From: Squalus acanthias | Lineage: Eukaryota | DNA: 64,000 bases | Direction of reading: 5' to 3' | NCBI GenBank assembly: GCA_030390025.1 | Contig: CM059432.1 | Span: 86,740,001-86,804,000, forward strand | The notes under the pieces: generated by a model | Database searches by the model: none | Told to the model about the DNA's origin: nothing | What the model saw: only the letters and a program-made list of their open reading frames with translations | In this document: positions 12,527 to 21,629 of the stretch, piece by piece | How the letters are laid out: every line of letters starts with the position of its first letter | Position numbering within the stretch: the stretch's first letter is position 1 | Program-made: the position numbers and the translations under genes

Positions 12527-12779
12527 CTGCTTTCCCCCTTAAAAATGTATGTATTCCCCTCTCAAATACAACAAAACTATGGTCCCACTTTTCCCAGCAT
12601 TACATGTACCACATAACAAAAACGCCTGGCTTTTTTTCTTTTAAAGGAACTACAAATCCAGTTTAATAACAGGTTTGCAGAGCCTTCCTGATCTCCTTAC
12701 AGAAAGTTTTGGTGTTAAACCAATTTTCGGGCTGTTTTGTTTTGGTTCCGAACTCAAGGATGATCCTGTTTCTATCTCA

Positions 12780-13690
12780 GACTTGTTTCAACCTGTTACT
12801 TCAGTTACTGAAGTCTGAATTGAGTCAAACTCATGTATGTGTTCATGATCAAGTGGTTCAAGATCACATCTTGGTTCATCTCTAGCAGAGATCATTTGAT
12901 CTACATGAACACTTCCGATTTTGTCACCAATTTCAACCAAATATCTCTTGGTTCCACCAACCTCTACTATGGTTCCTACATTCCACTTGTATGAACTCGA
13001 CTTGCCGGGGGACTGAGAACACGAACACACTTGTTTTGTTTGAAACTGCGTTCTTTCTGATTGTTGTCATAATAACGTTTCTGACTCAACTGTTTCTGTT
13101 CAACTCTTGAGGCCAAATTCGGTTGAACAAGACTCAATCGTGTTCTCAATCTCCTCTTCATCAAGAGTTCTGCTGGGGTATATCCAGTTGTAGTGTGCGG
13201 ACTAGCTCTGTACTTCAGCAAGAAATTTGCCAAACGCTGCTTCATGCTGAGTCCCGAACAATCCTGCAACACTTGCTTTTTGAGAGCTTCTTTCACTATT
13301 CTGACTGACCTTTCGGCTGCTCCGTTTGAAGCTGGATGATATGGTGGAACGAGAGTTGATACCCATTCCGTTTCAGGAATTCTTGAAATAGAGCAGAACG
13401 GAACTGAGGGCCATTGTCAGAAACAAGCTCTTCAGGTAAGCCATGACAGGCAAAGATAGACCTCAACTCATCTATGGTACGTTCAGTTGTAGTATTTGAA
13501 TCCATGTGTTTCACTTCAATCCACTTTGAATGACTTTCTACAAGTACCTGGAAATAATCATTTGCTTTCTCACAGAAGTCTACATGTACTCTCTGAAAAG
13601 GTCTACTTGGCCATGACCAGGGTTGTAGTGGAGTTTTGGGTGGTTTGTTTCTGCAATTCTGGCAAACACTGCATTTGCTGACAAGTGACA
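12780..13690 (-). pseudogene. Gypsy integrase core and C-terminus, displaced upstream of the PBS-bearing LTR
   Basis: LVSKCSVCQ...PFQRVHVDF...VSDNGPQF...YRASPHTTTGYTPAELL...VHVDQM (ORFs 13296-13754, 12976-13296, 12788-13030). Confidence 0.88.
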
Positions 13691-14195
13691 AGAAGCAAGT
13701 ATGGTGGAAACAGAGTTCGAGCCAAGGACCTCCAAAAAGAGATAGGAGGTACAATTTGCAAAAATGGGCAAATCAGTGGCAGATGAAATTCGGACAAGCG
13801 CAAGGTACTACATTGATGTCAAATCACTGGAATGGCAATGAACAAAATGCTAAATTATATTGCTAGATCAGTTGGAGCATTCAGTCAGAAAATGTCCCTG
13901 CTAAAACTGTTCAATACCCTGGTTAGAACATGCCTCAGGTGTTGTGTTTGTTCTTAGGGGGTCATTTTAACTTTCACCAATGGTTCCAATGGAAAGAAAA
14001 TTCGGGTGGGTGTATAGTGGGCGTGAAATCCAATATTAACTGTTTTACACAATCGGCAAAATGTAAAATTACCCCCTTAGTTACCAAGACATAAGGGAAA
14101 TGTGCAAGCCATTTGAAACAGTGCAGAGAACCACTAGGGTGATCCCTGGTATCAAAAGACTGAATTATAAGGAAAGACTTGAGAAGAGGAGGTAG
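13691..14195 (+). mobile_element. Old CR1 fragment, right half
   Basis: WANQWQMKF and later degenerate CR1 3' ORF2 motifs, continuing 4310-4426. Confidence 0.6.
13957..14076. mobile_element. 120-bp PIF/Harbinger-like MITE
   Basis: TIRs GGGGGTCATTTTA / TAAAATTACCCCC with TTA target duplication on both sides. Confidence 0.75.
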
Positions 14196-14649
14196 AAATG
14201 TGGGGGTAGATCAGTCACTGGGAGTTGGAATTCTTTCTTTTTACTTCCGATGACCCTGTAAGGCAATTGCCGAACAGTCACCCAATAGGTGACGCTAGCA
14301 GGGTAAGTAGTTGGTAAGCTGCATTCTTTTAGCTGGTGAACCTACAGCCGTATGTCTTCACACACTTGATGGTCCCCAAGCCTCATCTCTGCCAACATGT
14401 GCCTAAATTCCCTGGATCTGAATAACTGAAGTCCCCTATGGGGCAGTGTCCCCACTCCATATTGGTCGAACAGAAATTCTACAGCTGCAATAGCTTGGTT
14501 TGGAGACTCTTAAATGGAGTGATTGGTTTCCCAGATTGTCAAAGAGTTGACCAAAATAAAAATTATGAAAAATGTCTTCATGCAGAGTCCTATTACACAA
14601 ATCTCTTTGTAATTTAATAGAAGAGCTAGTTTTAATAGAGTTTTCAAAA

Positions 14650-14810
14650 GAGAAAAGAACTTGCATTTATATAGCGCCTTTTACGACCACAGGATGTCCC
14701 AAAGCAATTCACAGCCAATGAAGTGGTTTTGAATTGTAGTCACTGTTATAATATAAGGAAACACGGCAGCCAATTTGCACAAGCAATGTTATAAATGACT
14801 AGATAATCTA
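14650..14810 (-). mobile_element. DeuSINE 3' end
   Basis: AACTTGCATTTATATAGCGCCTTT... is the reverse complement of the SINE tail GGCGCTATATAAATGCAAG. Confidence 0.7.
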
Positions 14811-15989
14811 CATAGAAACATTGGAACAGGAGTAGGCCATTCAGCCCCTTAAGCCTGCTCCACCACTCAATTAGATCATGGGTGATCTGTACCTCAACTC
14901 CATTTACTCGCCTTTGTTCCATATACTTTGATACCTTTACCCAACAAAAATATGAGGCCATTCAGCCATTGAGGTCTTTGCCAGCTCTTTGAAAGCGCTG
15001 TCCAATCAGTCCCACCCCCCTGCTCTTTCCCAAAGGCCCTGCAAATCTTTCCTTTTCAAGTATATATCCAATTCGCTTTGAAAGTTATTATTGAATCTGC
15101 TTCCACCACACATTTCAGATCACAACAACTCTGCATAAAAAAATGATCTCATCTCCCTCCTGGTCCTTTTGCCAATTACCTTAAATTTGTGTCCTCTGGT
15201 TATCAACCCTCCTGCCAGTGGAAACAGTTTCTCCCTAACTAATCTATCAAAATCCTGCATAATTTTGAACACCTCCATTAAATCTCCCCTTAACCTTCTC
15301 TGCTCTAAGGAGAACAATCCCACCTTCTCTAGTCTCTCCACATAACTGAAGTCCCTCATCCCTGGTATCATTCTAATAAATTTCCGCTGTACCTTTTCCA
15401 AGGCCTTGACATCCTTCCTAGTGTGGTGCCCAGAATTGGACACAATACTCCAGCTGATGTCTAACCAGTTAGCTTTGATATCCTTTGCATTGTTTTCATA
15501 TTCCCTTTTTGAACCTCTTACTTTCTTTTTATCCCTTTGTTGCTTTTTATGCTCTACCAGTCCACTGGATTTCCATTTTTCCTGGCATTTGTGTGTGCCT
15601 TTTCTTTTAGCTTGATACTGTCTGTTACCACATTTGTTGACCATGATTGTTTAATTACACAATTGGAGCCATTTGCCTTTTAGGGGTACGTATTGGTTTT
15701 TAGGAAGATAGGAACAAAAGTAGGCCATTCAGCCCCTCGAGCCTCTTCTATCATTCAATTAGATCATGGCTGACCTCAACTACATTTATCAGCCTTTGTT
15801 CCATATTCCTTGATACCCTTACCTAAAAAAGGTCTTTAAAACTTCAATTGACCCAGCATCCACAGCCTTTGGGAGCAGAGAGTTCCAGATTCCCACAGCT
15901 CTTTGCATGAAAAAATGCTTCCTAATGTCACTCCTAAATGGCATAGGATCTCATTTTAAGATTATGCCCTCTTGTTCTGGATTCCCCAC
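14811..15989 (-). mobile_element. Stacked CR1 3' ends and fragments
   Basis: Three CR1 3'-UTR starts (GGCCATTCAGCC at ~14836, 14956, 15723); ORF 15120-15644 FSLEQRRLRGDL; the last fragment resumes at 16698 after the solo LTR. Confidence 0.8.
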
Positions 15990-16697
15990 TGTAAGGGTTA
16001 ATGGCTGTACAAACTATACTACTGTAACCACGTTATGAATCATGTAAGTTTTGAATGGCTGCGCAAACTATATCTAAGGGTTAATGGCTGTACAAACTCG
16101 ACTACTGTAATCACTTTAATGGCTGTACAAACTATACTACTGTAATCACGTTATGAACCATGTACGTTTTGAATGGCTGTACAAACTATACTATTGTAAT
16201 CATGTAATCATGTTATGAACCATGGAGCGAGAACTTGATGATCACGTTCTGTAAATGGTATAAAAGAAAGACCTGCAGGACTCGTAGGCAGCGACGAAAA
16301 AGGAGAGGCAACGAAGAAGGAGAAACATACGGAGAAGAAGAAAGTGAGCAGCCCAGCAGCTACAACTCCTGAGTCAGCGCGCTCCGTCGTCCGTGGTTGT
16401 ACAGGAAGTAAAACCTGTATTTTTAACCAGTTAATTGCTGTCCAAGTTTGTTAGGGCATGTTGTGTGTGTACAATAAACTGTTCTGGATTGCCGGACGAG
16501 TGCCCTTGTCGTCAATAGCTCACAAGCGATCGATAGCTCCGAAAGCTTGTGATTTCAAATAAAACTGTTGGACTATAACCTGGTGTTGTGCGACCTCTCA
16601 ATTTTGTCCACCCCAGTCCAACACCGGCATCTCCGCATCATGGTCAATATTTATGCCAGTCGAAACAGAGTGAACAAGGCAAGTTCTTTTGCCTACA
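15990..16697 (+). mobile_element. Solo LTR with 4-bp TSD
   Basis: TGTAAGG...GCCTACA termini; CCAC duplicated at 15986-15989 and 16698-16701; tandem repeats in U3, TATAAAA at ~16259, AATAAA at ~16473; splits CR1 GATTCCCCAC|CAGAGG. Confidence 0.88.
16518..16642 (+). mobile_element. Penelope-like mini-insertion (family B), 5'-truncated through the hammerhead
   Basis: Near-identical to 17441-17630; short inverted TCACAAGC; GTCAATA duplicated at 16511-16517 and 16643-16649. Confidence 0.8.
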
Positions 16698-16927
16698 CCA
16701 CCAGAGGAAATAGTTTCTCTATATCTACCCTATCAAATCCCTTTATCATTTTGTATCGTACCAAATATTCCTTTGAATACTTCCCACTGTTTGTCTGTAG
16801 GTTTACCCATTAACAGCTCAGCCCATTTTACTGCAGTTAATTCATTTCTAAACCGCTTCAAAGTTTGCCTTACTTAAATTTAAAACCTTGATTTATGACT
16901 CTCCTTTCTTCATCTCAAATTTTACAT

Positions 16928-17030
16928 GTGGTAGCATAATGGTTTCTGGACTACTAATCCTAAGGCCTGGACGAATGATCTGCAGATATCAGTTCAAATC
17001 CCACCATGGCATCTGGGGAATTTAAATTCA
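16928..17030 (+). mobile_element. tRNA-derived SINE head (same family as 5925-6320)
   Basis: GGTAGCATAATGG...CTGGACTACTAATCC...GTTCAAATCCCACCATGGCA..GGGGAATTTAAATTCA. Confidence 0.7.
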
Positions 17031-17440
17031 GGGAGGTATACAGTGGCAGTCCCCAAGGTTCAGTACTTGGACCACTGCTGTTTTTGATATACATTAATGA
17101 CTTGGATTTGGGGGTACAGGGCACTATTTTGAAATTTGCAGATGACATGACACTTGGAAGTGTTGTAGACAGCGAGGAAGATAGTAATAGACTTCAAGAA
17201 GACAGACAGGCTGGTGGAATGGGCAGACACATGGCAGATGAAATTCAACACAGAAGTGTAAGGTGATACATTTTGGTGGGAAGAATGAGGAGAGACAATA
17301 CACACTAAATGGTACAATTGTAAAGAGGTGCAAAAACAGAGAGACCTGGGGGTGTTTGTGCACAAATCTTTGAAGGTGGCAGAACTGGTTAACAAAGCAG
17401 TAAATAAAGCATATGGGACCCTGGGCTTTATAAATAGAGG

Positions 17441-17630
17441 TCATGATGCGGAGATGCCGGTGTTGGACTGGGGTGGACAAAATTGAGAGGTCGCACAACA
17501 CCAGGTTATAGTCCAACAGTGAGTCCAACAATAGTCCAACACCTGAGGAAGGGGCGATCGATAGCTCCGAAAGCTTGTGATTTCAAATAAAACTGTTGGA
17601 CTATAACCTGGTGTTGTGCGACCTCTCAAT
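17441..17630 (+). mobile_element. Penelope-like fold-back mini-insertion (family B)
   Basis: 14-bp TSD TTTATAAATAGAGG (17427-17440, 17631-17644); inverted copy of the tail upstream; AGTCCAACA x3 at the junction. Confidence 0.87.
17540..17579 (+). ncRNA. Putative minimal type I hammerhead ribozyme with intact core
   Basis: CAC-CUGAGGA-A-GGGGC(gaucgaua)GCUCC-GAAA-GCUU-GUG: stem I CAC/GUG, 5-bp stem II, palindromic helix III (AGCU), NUH = CUU. Confidence 0.7.
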
Positions 17631-18524
17631 TTTATAAATAGAGGCATAGAGTACAAAAGCCAGGAAGTTATGCTAAACCTATATAAAGGACTAGCTTGGC
17701 CCCAGCTGGAATATGGTGTCTGATTCGGGGAACCACACTTTAGGAAGGACATGAAGGCTTTGCAGAGGGTGCAGAAGAGATTTACTAGAATGGTTCCAGG
17801 GATGAGGGATTACAGTCACGTGGAGGACTGGAGAAGCTGGGGTTGTTCTCCATGGAGCAGAGAAGGCTCAGAGGAGATTTGATAGAGGTGTTTAAAATCA
17901 TGAAGGGTTTAGATAGAGTAAACAAAGAGAAGCTGTTTCCAATGGCTGAAGGGTCGATAACGAGAGGGCACAGATTTAAGGTGATTAGTAAAAAAAAACT
18001 TTTTTACGTAACGAGTGGTTAGGATTTGGAATGCACTGCCTGATAGGGTGGTGGATACAGATTCAATAGTAGCCTTCAAAAGGAAATTGGTTAATACTTG
18101 AAGGAGAAAAAATTGCAGGGATATGGGGACAAAGCGGGGGAGTGGGACTAACTGGATTGCTCTTTGAAAGAGCTAGCGCAGACTCGATGGGCCAAATGGC
18201 CTCCTTCTGTGCTGTACTATTCTGTGATTCTATGAAATCGAGTCATATTATGGTCACTATTTGCAAGATGTTCTCTTGCCATCAGATTGTTAACTAATTC
18301 TGGTTCGTTACTCTTTACTAAATCCAATATGGCCTGATTCTAGTCGGTTCTAAAGCATGCTATTCTAGAAAACTGCCCAGAATACATTCTAGAAACTCAC
18401 TGCCTTTAATATTTGAGCTGTTCTGCTTCTCCAAGTATGTGAAAATTAAAATCTCCCATTATAAACACATTCTTTTTGCTACATACTTCGCTGAACTACA
18501 TATTAACTGGTCTTACTCCTTATT

Positions 18525-19250
18525 CATAGTATGCTAGAAATTTACGGCACAGGAGGCCATTCGGCCCATCATGTCTGCGCCAGTCGAAAAAGAGCGATCC
18601 TGCCTAATGCCACTTTCCAGCTCTTGGTCTGTAGCCTCATAAGTTTCGGCACTTCAAGTGCATATCCAAGTACTTTTTAAATGTGATGAAAGTTTCTGCC
18701 TATACCACCCTTTCAGGCAGTGAGTTCCAGATGCCCACCACCCTCTGAGTGAAAAACAGTCTTTTCAACTCCCCTCTAATCCTACCAATTACTTTAAATC
18801 TATGCCCCCTGGTTATTGACCTCTCTGCTAAGGGAAATAGGTCCTTCCTATCCACTCTATCTAAGCCCCTCATAATTTTATTCACCTCAATCAAGTCTCC
18901 CTTCAGCCTCCTCTGTTCCAAAGAAAACAATCCCAGCCTATCCAATCTTTCCCCATTGCTAAAATTCTCCAGTCCTGGCAATATCCTCGTAAATTTCCTC
19001 TGTACCCTCTCTAGTGCAATCACATCTTTCCTGTAATGTGCTGACCAGAACTGTGTGCAGTACGCTAGCTGTGGCCTAACTAGTGTTTTATACAGTTCAA
19101 GCATAACCTCCCTGCTCTTATATTCTATGCCTCGGCTAATAAAGAAAAGTATCCACTATGCCTTCTTAACCACCTTATCTACCTGTCCTGTTACCTTCAG
19201 GGATCTGTGGACATGCACTCCAAGGTCCCTCTGTTCCTCTACACTTTCTC
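18525..19250 (-). mobile_element. CR1 3' portion
   Basis: ORF 18700-19104 LYKTLVRPQLAYC...FSLEQRRLKGDL...WNSLP. Confidence 0.9.
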
Positions 19251-19254
19251 AGCA

Positions 19255-19940
19255 TCTTAATTTAGAATTTAGCACCTTTAAATCACATTGCATAACCTCA
19301 AACCTATGTCATTGGTTCCCACATGAACTACGATCTCTGGTTGCTTGCCTGGTCATTCGAGAACTTTTTGTTTTGCTCTGTGATGTCCCGCTCCCTGGCA
19401 CCTGGGAAGCAACTTACCATATGGGACTCTAGATCACGTCTACAAAAGAAACTATCTACACCCTAACTAAAAAATCCCCCAAAGTCAGCACTCACTTATT
19501 CTTACCACCTGCTCTGTTTCCCCCCCCATGGGTAACCACACTTCCCAGTGCCTTGTAGTCACTCTTACCCTCCTCTGTGTCAACGTTTTTGTCCACATCA
19601 CTGGTACCTTTACAGGTATACTTATTAGACAAATCCAGCTCCACGGATGATCCATTTTCTGCCCTGTCAATTGATCGTCACCCAGTCTCCCTTACCAGCT
19701 TTTCTGCTCCTAGCAACCTGTGGAGTGAACACCCTCTGGAACATTTACTCTAGAAACGTTCTCTTTCCTGAGAAGTTGCAAGTGTGTTCAGTGACTCCCA
19801 AGTGATCAACTTTCTGCTCCAGGAGTGCAACCTTTGGACACTTCATACATATGTATGCACCCTGCCAGGTACACGTACCCAGGCAGGTCCACGTCATGGA
19901 TGCGACACACATCACTCCTGATTCTGATCTTGCCATACCT
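19255..19940 (-). mobile_element. Old CR1 ORF1 (N-terminal zinc finger plus SGNH esterase) relic
   Basis: ICMKCPKVALLEQKV; degenerate GDF.VRV and CFPGARE motifs. Confidence 0.6.
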
Positions 19941-20354
19941 ATTTATAGGTTTAAAGCTTTTTTTAAAGCTATTATTTATTGAATTACTTCTAGTTACTCA
20001 CTCTAATTTATTATTTTTATTTAATGTTTTTAAAGTCTCTTTCTGTTCTATCCCCAGAAACGATTACATAGTAAAAACTGTAAATTCAGCATTCCATTGA
20101 ATAATTACCTAAAATACTTAGCCCTTTCTTGCCAATCCAAGCTTGTAGGTTACGTTTATTTTAAGGTGGGTTGTAAGGGGGGTGGGTGTGAAAAACAATT
20201 CAGTAATGGAAATGCTATGAAAAAGGCGGCAGCTGACTCACCTGCTAACATGCCTAGGTGGTGGTGACATCATATGAAAATACCTGGTCTACAATTCGCT
20301 GCATCCTAATTAGCAAATCCGAGTGTTAGGGAAAACTTGCAGCATTCATCCACT

Positions 20355-20640
20355 CTATTTTAGTGATGTTGGTTGAGAGATAAATATTGGCCAAGACACC
20401 GACCAGGCGAACACTCCTGCTCTTCAAAGAGTGTCATGGGATCTTTTACGTCCACTTGGGAGGGCAGACAGCGCCTTGGTTTAACGTCTATCCCGAAAGA
20501 TGGTATCTCCGACAGTGCAGCACTCCCTCAGTACTGAACTGAAGTGTCAGCCTAGATTTCGTGCTCAAGTCTCATGTGTGAAGCTTGAACACATGACTTT
20601 CTGACTCAGAGGCAAGAGTGCTACCATTGAGCCAACCTTG
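20355..20640 (-). mobile_element. DeuSINE (SacSINE1-like) 5' head plus Deu domain
   Basis: GGCTCAATGGTAGCACTCTTGCCTCTGAGTCAGAA...GTTCAAG tRNA head; CTGTCGGAGA..CCATCTTTCGG..AGACGTTAAACC Deu-domain-like core. Confidence 0.8.
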
Positions 20641-21274
20641 GGTCCCAAGCATTCTTGACTGATATGATATCTTGACTAGTTTCACTTTAAAACCAGCCAC
20701 TAGGAGGTGCACAAACGTGGCCGGTAGTTCTGTGTCTTTCTCTCCTTTCATCCCCATTTGGCTACCATTTGGCATGGTTGAGATCAGCAAGGCAGCTAAT
20801 GCAGGTTGTGGGTGTAAAGTCAAATCCTACTAATCTGGCACAGAATATTGGAGCTCCCAAGTGCTGTGCCACTATGCTAATCTTCTGTCTTTCATTTAGT
20901 CAAATTCCAGGGTGTCCCACTTTTTATATATTCTGAGAGTACTTACACCATGGCACAATTGCAAAAAACTGTGGTGAAATTGCAGCAGGATGGGAATGGA
21001 CTCAGTAGCTGCAGTTTCTGACACAAAAAGAAATTAGGCATTGTATAGCAGTTGAGGTACCAATGCATTAATATTTTTGTTAAGTGCAAGATTTCCTCCA
21101 TGAAATGAATCAAGGAAAGACAGTTGTTAAAATGAGCACAACCTGTTATGCTTATATTTGGGATGCAAAATAATTCTGTGGGAATCACCTCTCATAGGCA
21201 GGGCCCTCTAAGACAGGTTCTAAAATGTGAATTCACTCTCGTGACACAATTTATTTGTAAGCAAAGTTTCCATC

Positions 21275-21510
21275 AGCTCCCCGATGACTTGGTAGATACA
21301 TTCTTCCTGGTGTGATACTGAACCAAACAGATCAGCCAGGTCCCCCGATCTCTTAAGTCAACTGCTCTCAACCAAGGCAATGGTTAAAATTGACCTCAGC
21401 ACCTCTAGACTAGAGAAAATTTCCACACCTAATCCCTATAATGACACTTTGCTGGAAATTGCAAGTGTGCATACAAATGACGATAGGATTGTGGTCAACT
21501 TTAATCCGAT
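21275..21510 (+). mobile_element. Highly degenerate ancient SINE-like repeat (relatives near 24925-25110, 46690-47010, 62360-62510, 63860-63990)
   Basis: Recurring degenerate motifs (TTAGCTGATCTCA.CCAGGGCA, AATT.GCCTCAG, GCTGGAAA); family uncertain. Confidence 0.3.
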
Positions 21511-21629
21511 CCATATTCAAAGTGTGGTGCCAGACATTTGATTGTTCTCTGGAACTATAGCCCAGCACAAATTAACACCTTCAGCAGAGAAAGAGAAAAC
21601 ATATAACATCGATAAAGCACTATATATTA

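Larger units (their letters stand above)
4427..13690 (-). mobile_element. Ty3/Gypsy (Mag-clade-like) LTR retrotransposon, decayed, rearranged, with nested insertions
   Basis: Gag (DHFDPKPLEIAESYKF...DKFVCGL, zinc knuckle), protease, RT (LRLCGDYK, FSKLDLS, QDDVLI), RNase H (LACDASSYG, TDHKPL), integrase (HTEHPG, RVHVDF, VSDNGPQF), two LTRs, PBS and two PPTs. Confidence 0.92.
17031..18235 (+). mobile_element. CR1 3' portion (RT C-terminus and 3' UTR)
   Basis: [20 protein letters not shown]...FADD; ends in TATTCTGTGATTCTATG tail; interrupted at 17441-17630. Confidence 0.9.

Noticed and set aside
16000..16225. Repeat-spacer-like array resembling CRISPR
   Set aside because: Spacers are themselves repeated, there are no cas genes, and it lies inside a eukaryotic LTR.
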